Of a stretch of DNA of 64,000 nt, positions 10,459-19,704 are shown piece after piece. Each line of letters begins with the position of its first letter. The stretch's first letter is position 1. The position numbers and the translations under genes were made by a program. A model generated the notes under the pieces. The model saw nothing but the letters and a program-made list of their open reading frames with translations. It was not told the DNA's origin and made no database searches. Source of the stretch: Candidatus Latescibacterota bacterium. Lineage in GTDB: Bacteria; Latescibacterota; UBA2968; UBA8231. The stretch lies in contig OZ242214.1 of NCBI GenBank assembly GCA_965206595.1, positions 6,688,001 through 6,752,000 of the forward strand, read 5' to 3'.

Positions 10459-11862
10459 ATGTCGGATCGACCCAACATCCTGTGGATCTGCACCGACCAG
10501 CAGCGCTGGGACACCATCCGCTGCCTCGGAAACGACAGGATCAATACCCCCAACCTCGACCGCCTCGCGGCGGCAGGGGTCGCCTTCACCCACGCCTTCG
10601 CCCAGTGCCCGGTCTGCACCCCGAGCCGGGCAAGCTTTCTCACCGGAATGTACCCGGGCAGCGTGCGCGCCTGCATGAACGGCAACGGCCACTGGGCCGG
10701 AGCCGCGCCGCTGCTACCCAGGCTGCTCGCCGACGCCGGCTACGACTGCGGCCTCTCGGGAAAGCTCCATCTCGCCGGCGCCCAGGGGCGCATCGAGCCC
10801 CGCGGCGACGACGGCTACCGCGTGTTCCACTGGAGCCACGACTCCATCGACCGCTGGGAGGAGGGCCACGAGTACGCCGACTGGCTGAAACGGCAAGGGC
10901 ACGACCTCGGCGCCTTCAACGACGCGCCCGAGACCATGCCCCCGGAGCTGCACCAGACGACGTGGTGCGCAGACACGGCCATCGATTTCATCCGGGAAGA
11001 GCGGGACGGGCCGTGGCTTTTCAGCGTCAACCCCTTCGATCCCCACCCGCCGTTCGACCCTCCGGGGGAGTACCTGCGCCGCTACGATCCCGACAGCCTG
11101 CCGGAGCCGCTGTGGCGGGACTCCGATGTCGACGCCCACCGGCCGTTCGCCGGGGTGGACGGATTCGCCGGACCGCCGCTGCCGCCCGCGGAGTTGGGAG
11201 GCCGTCGGATCAAGGCGGCCTACTACGCCATGATCGAGCTGATCGACCACAACGTCGGGCGCCTGCTGGACGCCCTCGAGGCCGCCGGTCAGCGCGACGA
11301 CACCATCGTCATCTTCACCTCCGACCACGGGGAGCTGCTCGGCGACCACGGCTTCCACACCAACAAGGGGTGCGCCTTCTTCGAAGCCTCGGTGCGGGTG
11401 CCGCTGATCCTCTCCTGGCCGGGGCACTTCAACGGCGGCCGGGGCAGCGACGCTCTCGTCGAGCTGATCGACCTGGCACCGACCCTGCTCGAGCATGCAG
11501 GGGTGGCGCGGCCGCCGCGCATGCAGGGGATCTCGCTGAACGGGCTGCTCGAAGGGACCGCCGCCGAGCACCGCGACCGGGTGCACTGCGAGTACTTCCG
11601 CGACCAGACCCTGTCGCCGCACCTGCGTCCCACCTTCGAGGGCAGTTATGCTACAATGGTCCGCGACCGGCGCTACAAGCTGATCGTGCACCACAACCGC
11701 AACAGCGGCCGCCTCTACGACCTGCAGGAGGACCCCGGGGAGTTCGACAACCGCTGGGACGATCCCCGGCTCGCCGGCGTCAAGGGGCAGCTGATGCTCG
11801 CAAGCTTCAACAGGCTCGCCCTATCCGTCGACGTCGGCCCTGAACCGACGACCGGGTTTTAG
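10459..11862 (+). CDS. Formylglycine-dependent sulfatase
   Basis: PNILWICTDQQR, CTPSRASFLTG (CxPxR), GKLH, FTSDHGE, LYDLQEDPGE. Confidence 0.93.
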   Translation: MSDRPNILWICTDQQRWDTIRCLGNDRINTPNLDRLAAAGVAFTHAFAQCPVCTPSRASFLTGMYPGSVRACMNGNGHWAGAAPLLPRLLADAGYDCGLSGKLHLAGAQGRIEPRGDDGYRVFHWSHDSIDRWEEGHEYADWLKRQGHDLGAFNDAPETMPPELHQTTWCADTAIDFIREERDGPWLFSVNPFDPHPPFDPPGEYLRRYDPDSLPEPLWRDSDVDAHRPFAGVDGFAGPPLPPAELGGRRIKAAYYAMIELIDHNVGRLLDALEAAGQRDDTIVIFTSDHGELLGDHGFHTNKGCAFFEASVRVPLILSWPGHFNGGRGSDALVELIDLAPTLLEHAGVARPPRMQGISLNGLLEGTAAEHRDRVHCEYFRDQTLSPHLRPTFEGSYATMVRDRRYKLIVHHNRNSGRLYDLQEDPGEFDNRWDDPRLAGVKGQLMLASFNRLALSVDVGPEPTTGF

Positions 11863-11887
11863 ACCGCCAGGTACTCCCTCAATCGGG
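11860..11887 (+). repeat. Left copy of 28-bp direct repeat (duplicate of livF 3' end)
   Basis: tagaccgccaggtactccctcaatcggg; 27/28 identical to 25700-25727. Confidence 0.9.
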
Positions 11888-11925
11888 CGCGTTTCGCCGT
11901 TTCACGCACATGACTCCAATAAACC

Positions 11926-13929
11926 CTTGACTCCCTCGTAACAACCCCGTTTTCAAGACAGAGGTTTTTTTCTTGAAACTTTAGTTTCACCAACATGAAA
12001 AAGAATCGGGAATGCGCCGCTATGTAAGCAGCTTCAGCGCCATATCGTCCGATGGCCTCGAATCGGGCTTATAAAGCCTTTTGCGGCGCCGAAAGGAACT
12101 TCCGTTCCCTTTTTCAGCCCATCGCCGGAGCTATGGCTTCGGGTTTGGGCGTAAGCGCCCGCAGCATTCTCTTGAAATTGCAAGCCAGGGCTTTGAGGTA
12201 AACGGCCAGCTCCACGCGCCAACGCCCGCGCACGCGCAGGGCGCCCAGCCCGTGTCTTCGTTTCAGTTCCGAGACCGTGGCCTCGATGCCGGCGCGAATG
12301 CGATAGCGCTCCCGGAAGGCGCCGCTGGCCATGGCGCGGCGGCGACGTTCGAGGTTGACGGCTTTCAGGTCCACGGTCACGGCGTAGCCGTCCCCGTCCT
12401 GGTTCGGCCGCACCGGGCAGAGGGGAAACAGGGCGCAGGTCTGGCAGCTTCGGCGCTCGAAGGTCAGCACCACGTGGTGCTTCTTCTTCTCATACGACGT
12501 TTGCTCGCGGGCCAGGTGTCCGGCCGGGCAGATGGCCGGATCCCGGAGACGGGCCTCGACGAGGAAGTCGGCCTCGGTCACCGTATCGGGCCGCTCCTCG
12601 ACGTCGACCTGGGGGCCTTTGACCGGGCTGACCAACTCGGTGCCGAGGCGTTCGGCGTGGATGGCATGGTCGCCGGAGCCGAAGGCGGTGTCGGCGACCA
12701 GCTCGTCGGGTCGCTGCCCGCGCTCTTCGAGGGCCTCCAGCACCGGCATCGTCGCGTGCTCGTCACTGGCGCAGGCATCGGTCACCGCTACGTGGGTGAT
12801 CATGTTCACGGTGTCGGTCTGGTCGTCGTCGGTCTGGTCGTCGTCAGTCTCGACGCAGGTCTCGGCGATCTGCACCTCATACCCCTTTGCCCTTGCGGCC
12901 GTGGTAGGTGGCCTCGGCATCATAGGGGCTTTGCAGCGAGTCGCTGCCGACGTGCTCCGGCGCCTTCAGCGCCACCGGCACGCCGCCTTCGCCGGCGTCG
13001 TCGTCCTCGGTCGAGGGGCGCTGCTTGTCCGCGACCACGTCGCACTGCTCCCACAGCAGGCGCTGCAGCAGCGCCCAGGACTCCAGGCCCTCGGCCGCCG
13101 TGCCCGCACACAGCTGATGGAGACGGTAGAGGTCGCGGGCGCACACCGGCAGCCGCCTCTTGCCCGTGCCGGAGGGCGCGTCCTGGTAGGCCGTGGCGCT
13201 GCCGTCCTCCTTCAGGTAGCGCTCGCGCAGGCGCTTCGACACCCGCCCGTACAGGCGCGGATGCTCCGCCGCCAGGGTTTTCAGAAAGTGACGGAGGGTC
13301 TCACACAACAGCCCCAGACGCGACAACACCGCGATGTTGCTGAGCACGTGGGTGGAGTCCAGGCGTTGCCGGGTGACCTTCGTACCCAACGCTTGCAGAA
13401 TGCCATCCGTAGTCGCCTCGAACGCCTGCCGGCCGCGGTCATGGGCCAGCAAGCGGGCGCGGAAGTTGTGCAGCGTCAGGACGTTGTTAGTCCTCGTCTT
13501 CTGCGCCAGGTGGGCCTCCTCCGGGGTCAGCTCCAGGGCGTGCTGCCACAACAGGCTGAACTCCAGCTGCTCCAGCGCCTCGGCGTCGGTCAGAGCGAAC
13601 ATCTCCTTGAGCAGAAGCACGCCCAAGACCGTCGCCACCGGCTGGTTGGGACGACCGTTGTCGTCGCAATACAAGGACGCAAACTGCGCTTCATCGATCA
13701 GCGGCAAGGCACGCGTGCGAAAGGTCTCCGCCCAGCTCGCCTGCAGGCGCTGCCGCTTGGCCGCAGGCACCAGGTTGCGGCTCTCGAACAGGGTGCGTTG
13801 CGAATCCTTCGTACGAAACATCAGCCCCATCCACTAGAGAGGAAGTGTGTGACGGATTGGTATACCCAATATACCAAGAATCCCTGATTATCGGGGCTGT
13901 GAGAGAGGGGTTTTTACGAGAGAATCAAG
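11926..13929 (-). mobile_element. IS1182/IS5-like insertion sequence
   Basis: 23-bp terminal inverted repeats cttgactccctcgtaacaacccc (11926-11948) and ggggtttttacgagagaatcaag (13907-13929), 20/23 match; encloses a DDE transposase. Confidence 0.85.
12114..13830 (-). pseudogene. DDE transposase (DUF772 + DDE_Tnp_1_6-like), +1 frameshift at C4 run 12882-12885
   Basis: GRPNQPV, LHNFR, RLDSTH, LQSPYDAEATY..KGK|GYEVQ, ADTAFG, CPAG, C..C.LFPLC, YRIRAGIEATVSELKR. Confidence 0.85.
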
Positions 13930-14063
13930 GCTTTGTTCGTCAAGGCCATTCTACAACAGCGATAGGTCGAATTTCCTGAATCGCACCAATATATCTCATC
14001 TTAAAATGATTTTTCATTGCCATAAGCCCTGAACACGGAGCTTGTCGAAGTGTGTCGAAGGGC

Positions 14064-14142
14064 ACACCGCGGCGGCGATTTCCCCTTCCGTCAGTCGGTA
14101 GAGTGTATAGACCAGCCGATCTATCTCCGCTTCCAATGTTTC
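14064..14142 (-). pseudogene. C-terminal remnant of a type IIG/Eco57I-like restriction-modification protein
   Basis: Manual translation ETLEAEIDRLVYTLYRLTEGEIAAAV matches the recalled LExEIDxLVYxLYxLTxxEI tail. Confidence 0.6.
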
Positions 14143-14179
14143 TACCACGCATACTCATTGATATGCTGGCACCATGGGT

Positions 14180-17100
14180 TCACGGCGTGTTGTTCGTCAC
14201 CGTCGTCGTCGTAAGAGGCTGCACCCAAAAGCCCCAGGAGGGCTCGTTATTGGGGCGGTTCCGATTATAATAGCCATACTCGTCCCTGAGATCTTTACCG
14301 TTTCTAAGGTGGACGTATGCCACCGTCACCGCGTCGGTCGCCGCTACCGCCGACTCCAGAGTCAGCGTTACCTCTACCCCGCTCACGGCAACGCTGCTGA
14401 CTGTTCGGGCCGCGCCTTCAACCATCACCGTAAAGGCACTTGGTGAGGCGACGTAACGCTCATCTAATTTCACCTCTGAGTTAAGTGTCAGCGTTGCGCC
14501 ATCCACCTCTGCCGACTCCGGCAGGAATACCGGCCAGATGCGGAAGCGTTCCAGGTCAGGCGCCCGGTTCCCCAACAGGTCCCTGAGCCCCTTCACTAAG
14601 CCCCCAATAGGCCGGTTGTATGCCACCGCCACCCCGGCCGCTGTTACCGCCAAATCGAGGGTCAGTATCACCTCTTTCCCGCTCACGGTAACGCTGCGGA
14701 CCCTTCGCACCCCAGCCACAGACCCCTCCCTCACCTTGAAGGAATTTTCCGGTACGATGTCCATGTCCTCGTTCAGGGCCTCGCTAAAGACAAGTGTCAG
14801 CGTTACGCTGCCATCCGCCTCCGCCCTTATCTCCGACAGCGTCGGAGGTATAGTGTCTATTGATCGCACCTGGTATGGAAGGGAGACAGAACCTGCACCA
14901 TTCGCATTGACCGCCCGCAGCTCGAACAAGTAATAAGTCCTGTTAGTCAAGCCGGTCACGGTGTACTTCATCGCGTGGACCTCACCGGGGGCGCTCATGG
15001 CGATCGGCGTCCAGGTGTCGGGAAACGTGTCGTCTGACCCGAAGTCCGACTCCTTCTTGCGGAATTCATAGCCGGTGATGGAGCTGCCGCCATCCGCCGG
15101 CGCGGTCCAACTCAGCTCCACCTCACTACCGGTTTTTAAGTTTCTCGCCGACAGCCCCGGCACACCCGGCACGTCAGGGGTGCTGGTATGGAGCAGCGCC
15201 ACCGCAACCGTATTATCAGCTGCCGGCAGGGCAAAGCCGGAGGGAATTTCCCATTGATAGGAGGAACCAAAGTCGGTGAATTTTACGTCGGCATCGCCGA
15301 GATCAAACTCCGTTGTGCCTACGACTAAAATCAGATTTGTGCGATCGGGAATAGCAAAAGTGTCGAATCCAAGAATCATTTTGGATTGATAAGTCCTCAG
15401 ATCGCTTGCTACATAATTTCTGCCTGCAAACTCGAAATCCGTATCAGAGAGTTCACCAATCCAACCATCGGAATACCCAACAGCGCCAAATGACGCCCCC
15501 ACCGTCAGTGTGGCAGACCAGGCCAGGCTGGTCCCCTCTTCAAGCGTAGCCCCGCTTCCCGATGCGGACCAAGTGCTCTCACCTTCGTCATTCTCCGCCC
15601 GCACCTGCACTTCGCAGTTCCTGTCCGGGGTCAAACCCGTAAGGGTCGTGGTCAAGTCCGTGCCAGTGTATTCCGCATCCGTGAAGTCGCCGCTGCTGCC
15701 GATTCGATACTGCACATCGTAGTCCGTGATCACCGGCCCGGTGTTATCCGGCTCTGTCCAGGTCACCGTCAGGCTGGTGGATGAGGCCGCCATCACCTTC
15801 GGCGCATCGGCCCTGTCCGGCGGTTCAGCTACATCTTTCACGTTGATCGTCACGGCGATGGTCGCGCTGCCGCCGTGCTCGTTCTCGGCGGTCACCGTCA
15901 CCGAGTAGCTGTCCTTCGTCTCATGGTCGTACGTCTCCTCATCGTTAGTCCGAAGCTGACCGCTGGTCTCAACGATGGTGAAACTTCCCGCATTCGTACC
16001 TCCGAGGCTGTAGGTCAGTGCGCTCGTCTCCTCGTCGGTCGCGCTCACCGCATCCCCGATGTTCCGTGTCCCTGTCGTGTTCTCTTCCAGGTGGCGCGTC
16101 GCGCTCGTACCATCGCTGAAGGTCGGCACCTGATTGACACTGGTCGTCTCATTAACCAATGGCGACCAGTCACCTGGACCTTCGTCGTTGGTCGCCCGCA
16201 CCTGCATCTGATAGGTCGTGGCCGGGGTCAAGCTCATAATGGTCGTGGTCAGTGCCGTGCCCTCGTGAGTTACAGAAATAAACGAGCCGCCGCTCTCACG
16301 GTATTGCACGTCGTAGTCCGTAATCGCCGGCCCGGTGTTATCCGGCTCTGTCCAGATAACCGTCAGGCTATTCAACGTCACGGCCGTCACTGTTGGCGTC
16401 GCTGGAGCCGCTGGCGGTTCGATCTCATCGTTCAGGGTGATCCTCACGACAATGGTCGCACTGCCGCTGTGCTCGTCTTCGGCTGTCACCGTCACTACAT
16501 ACGAGCTCTTCGTCTCATGGTCGTACGTCACACCAGTCTTGGTCTGAAGCTGACCGCTGGTCTCAACGATGGTGAAACTCCCCGCATCGTTACCTCCGAG
16601 GCTGTAGGTCAGTGCGCTCGTCTCCTCGTCGGTCGCGCTCACCGCATCCCCGATGTTCTCTCCCGCCACCGCGTTCTCGGCAAAGCTGCGCGCCGGCGAT
16701 GCCTCGCTGAACGTCGGCAGCTGATTGGCGCGGGTCGTCCTGCTGCCCGAATCAGACCATGGGCTCCTCCCCTCGGCATTGATCGCCTGCACTTGCACCT
16801 CGTAGGTCGTGCCCGGGGTCAAGTCCGTAATGGCCGTGGTCAGCGCCGTGCCCTCGTGAGTCACACCCGTGAACGCACCGCTGCTGCCCTGGCGGTATTG
16901 CACATCGTAGTCGGTGATCGCCGGCCCGGTGTTCGCAGGGGCGGTCCAGATCACCGTCAGGCTGGTGGAGGATGTCGCCGTCACGGTCGGCGCAGTCGGC
17001 TTGTCCGGCGCCTCGCCAGTCACATCGGTCAAGGCGATCGTCACGTTGATGGTCGCGCTGCCGCCGTACTGGTCCTCTGCCCGCACCATTACCGAGTAGC

Positions 17101-19678
17101 TATTCTTCGTCTCATAGTTGTAGTCAATGCCTGTCCTGGTTTGAAGCTGACCAGTGCCCGAGACGATGCTGAAATTCTCCGCCTCCGTGCCCTGGAGGCT
17201 GTAGCTCAGTGTGCCGCCATCGCCGTCCGGGTCGGTCGCGCTCACCGGATTCCCGATGTTCTGTCCCGCCGCCGTGTTCTCGGCAAAGCTGCGCGTCGTG
17301 CTCGTACCATCGCTGAACGTCGGTGCTTGATTGGCCCTGGTCGTCCCATCAACCAATGGCGACCACGCACTCTCTCCTTCGTCATTCTCCGCCCGCACTT
17401 GCACCTGGTAGCTCCTGTCCGGAGTCAAGTGCGTAATGGTCGTGGTCCGTGCCGTGCCCTCGTGAGTCACATCCGTGAACGCGCCGCTGCTGCCCTGACG
17501 GTATTGCACATCGTAGTCGGTGATCTCAGGCCCGGTGTTCGCAGGGGCGGTCCAGATCACGGTCAGGCTGTTCAATGTCGAGACCGACACCGTGGGCTTG
17601 GCCGGAGCCGCTGGCGGTTCGTCCACATCGGTCAAGGTGATCGTCACGGCGATGGTCGCACTGCCGCCATGCTCATCCACGGCTTTCACCGTCACCAGAT
17701 ACGTGCTCTGCGTCTCATGGTCGTACGTCACTTCATCGTTAGTCTGAAGCTGACCGCTGGTCTCAGCGATGGTGAAACTCGCCGCATCCCCGCCTTCGAG
17801 GCTGTAGGCCAGTGTGCCGCCATCGCCGTCCGGGTCGGTCGCGCTCACCGGATTCCCGATGTTCTGTCCCGCCGCCGTGTTCTCGGCAAAGCTGCGCGTC
17901 GTGCTCGTACCATCGCTGAACGTCGGTGCTTGATTGGCTCTGGTCGTCCCATCAACCAATGGCGACCACACACTCTCTCCTTCGTCATTCTCCGCCCGCA
18001 CTTGCACCTGGTAGCTCCTGTCCGGAGTCAAGTGCGTAATGGTCGTGGTCCGTGCCGTGCCCTCGTGAGTCACATCCGTGAACGCGCCGCCGCTGCCCTG
18101 ACGGTATTGCACATCGTAGTCGGTGATCGCGGGCCCGGTGTTCGCAGGGGCGGTCCAGATCACGGTCAGGCTGGTGGACGATACATTCCTCACCGTCGGC
18201 GCATCGGGTCTGCCCGGCGGTTCTTTCACATTGTTCACTTCAATCGTCACACTGATGGTGGCATGTCCGCCATGCTCGTCCTCTACCCTCACCCTCACGG
18301 AATAACTTATCGTCGCTCCCTCATAGTCGTACGTCACACCAGCCTCAGTTTGAAGCTGACCGCTGGTCTCATCGATGGTGAAACTCGCCGCATCCCTGCC
18401 TTCGAGGCTGTAGGTCAGTGTGCCGGTGTCCGTGTCGTCGGTCGCGATCACCGGATTCCCGATGTTCTCTCCCGCCGCCGTGTGCTCGTCGAATCGGCGC
18501 GTGGCGCGCGTGCCCTCGGTGAACTCCGGCCACTGATTGTCACTGGTCCTCTCGCTGCCCGATGGCGACCAGTCACCTGTACTTTCGGCATTGGTCGCCC
18601 TCACTTGCACTTCGTAACGTGTGCCCGGGGTCAAGCCCGGAATGGTCGTGGTCAGGTCCGTGCCATCGTATCCTGCATCCGTGAAGGTGCCACTGCTGCC
18701 GATTCGATACTGCACATCGTAGTCCGTGATCGCCGGCCCGGTGTTATCCGGCTCTGTCCAGATCACCCTCAGACTGGTGGATGAGGCCACCTCCACTCTC
18801 GGTGTATTGGGTCTCTCCGGTACTGGTGCCACGACGACTGTGAAGGTCGCTTGCACGCTATTGCCCTGACTCTCATGTGCTGTCAGGGTGATGGTTGCAT
18901 TTCCTTCCTCCCCGGAGGTGATCGTCACCGTCGAACCCGAGATGCTCACCGCTGCCACATTCGGGTTCGACGAAGAAACCTCATACCTCAGACTGGCTGA
19001 AGAACTGATGATGTTCGACACATCCACAGACTTCTGGCTGCCATCCGGAGACAGCGTCTGCGTGTCAATGGAACCGACGACCTCTATCGGCCTGCCAAGG
19101 CTGCTGAGCAGCCCAACCCCAACTGTATGATTAACGGGCGGCAGGGCAAAGCCGGAGGAGACTGTCCAGACATAGGTGGAACCATAATCGGTTTCTCTTT
19201 CTTCGGCCTCGCCCAGATTAAACTTCGTTGTGCCTACGACCAAAGTCAGAGGTGTGCGATCAGAAATAGTTTTTTCGGCGACATCAAGAATCATTTTGGA
19301 TTGATAAGTCCTCAGTGCCGTTAGTTCATAACTTGTGCTTGCAAACACAAAATCCGTATCAGAGAGTTTACCAGCCAAATCGGAATACCCCGAACTGCCA
19401 AATGTCTCCCCCACCGTCAGTATGGCAGACCAGATCAGGCTGGTCCCCAACTCAATCGTAGCCCCCATGCCCGATGCGGACCAAGTGCTCTTCCCTCTGG
19501 TATTGATCGCCCGCACTTGCACCTCGTAGCTCGTGCCCGGGGTCAAGCCCGTGATCGTCGTGCTCAGGTCCGTGCCATCGTGAGTCACAGGGATAAACGC
19601 GCCGCTGCTGCCCTCACGGTATTGCACATCGTAGTCAGTGATGGCGGGTCTGGCGTTCGCAGGGGCGGTCCATGTCAC
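14180..19678 (-). CDS. Giant adhesin-like protein, distal part: 8 fibronectin type III, 5 cadherin-like, 1 Ig-like, 2 unnamed WSAxLTVG domains, 2 C-terminal SwmB-like repeats
   Basis: 7x ITDYDVQYR plus ITGYEFR; 5x NQxPxF...ATD...YSL.G....F.I...SGQL; frame stays open upstream to the poly-G at 19740. Confidence 0.85.
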   Translation of the reverse strand: MTWTAPANARPAITDYDVQYREGSSGAFIPVTHDGTDLSTTITGLTPGTSYEVQVRAINTRGKSTWSASGMGATIELGTSLIWSAILTVGETFGSSGYSDLAGKLSDTDFVFASTSYELTALRTYQSKMILDVAEKTISDRTPLTLVVGTTKFNLGEAEERETDYGSTYVWTVSSGFALPPVNHTVGVGLLSSLGRPIEVVGSIDTQTLSPDGSQKSVDVSNIISSSASLRYEVSSSNPNVAAVSISGSTVTITSGEEGNATITLTAHESQGNSVQATFTVVVAPVPERPNTPRVEVASSTSLRVIWTEPDNTGPAITDYDVQYRIGSSGTFTDAGYDGTDLTTTIPGLTPGTRYEVQVRATNAESTGDWSPSGSERTSDNQWPEFTEGTRATRRFDEHTAAGENIGNPVIATDDTDTGTLTYSLEGRDAASFTIDETSGQLQTEAGVTYDYEGATISYSVRVRVEDEHGGHATISVTIEVNNVKEPPGRPDAPTVRNVSSTSLTVIWTAPANTGPAITDYDVQYRQGSGGAFTDVTHEGTARTTTITHLTPDRSYQVQVRAENDEGESVWSPLVDGTTRANQAPTFSDGTSTTRSFAENTAAGQNIGNPVSATDPDGDGGTLAYSLEGGDAASFTIAETSGQLQTNDEVTYDHETQSTYLVTVKAVDEHGGSATIAVTITLTDVDEPPAAPAKPTVSVSTLNSLTVIWTAPANTGPEITDYDVQYRQGSSGAFTDVTHEGTARTTTITHLTPDRSYQVQVRAENDEGESAWSPLVDGTTRANQAPTFSDGTSTTRSFAENTAAGQNIGNPVSATDPDGDGGTLSYSLQGTEAENFSIVSGTGQLQTRTGIDYNYETKNSYSVMVRAEDQYGGSATINVTIALTDVTGEAPDKPTAPTVTATSSTSLTVIWTAPANTGPAITDYDVQYRQGSSGAFTGVTHEGTALTTAITDLTPGTTYEVQVQAINAEGRSPWSDSGSRTTRANQLPTFSEASPARSFAENAVAGENIGDAVSATDEETSALTYSLGGNDAGSFTIVETSGQLQTKTGVTYDHETKSSYVVTVTAEDEHSGSATIVVRITLNDEIEPPAAPATPTVTAVTLNSLTVIWTEPDNTGPAITDYDVQYRESGGSFISVTHEGTALTTTIMSLTPATTYQMQVRATNDEGPGDWSPLVNETTSVNQVPTFSDGTSATRHLEENTTGTRNIGDAVSATDEETSALTYSLGGTNAGSFTIVETSGQLRTNDEETYDHETKDSYSVTVTAENEHGGSATIAVTINVKDVAEPPDRADAPKVMAASSTSLTVTWTEPDNTGPVITDYDVQYRIGSSGDFTDAEYTGTDLTTTLTGLTPDRNCEVQVRAENDEGESTWSASGSGATLEEGTSLAWSATLTVGASFGAVGYSDGWIGELSDTDFEFAGRNYVASDLRTYQSKMILGFDTFAIPDRTNLILVVGTTEFDLGDADVKFTDFGSSYQWEIPSGFALPAADNTVAVALLHTSTPDVPGVPGLSARNLKTGSEVELSWTAPADGGSSITGYEFRKKESDFGSDDTFPDTWTPIAMSAPGEVHAMKYTVTGLTNRTYYLFELRAVNANGAGSVSLPYQVRSIDTIPPTLSEIRAEADGSVTLTLVFSEALNEDMDIVPENSFKVREGSVAGVRRVRSVTVSGKEVILTLDLAVTAAGVAVAYNRPIGGLVKGLRDLLGNRAPDLERFRIWPVFLPESAEVDGATLTLNSEVKLDERYVASPSAFTVMVEGAARTVSSVAVSGVEVTLTLESAVAATDAVTVAYVHLRNGKDLRDEYGYYNRNRPNNEPSWGFWVQPLTTTTVTNNTP

Positions 19679-19704
19679 CTTCAGGCTGGTAGATGATGCC
19701 GGAG

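Noticed and set aside
12877-12923. Programmed frameshift in the IS1182-like transposase
   Set aside because: This family normally has a single ORF, and one extra base in a 4-nt run fits mutation or sequencing error
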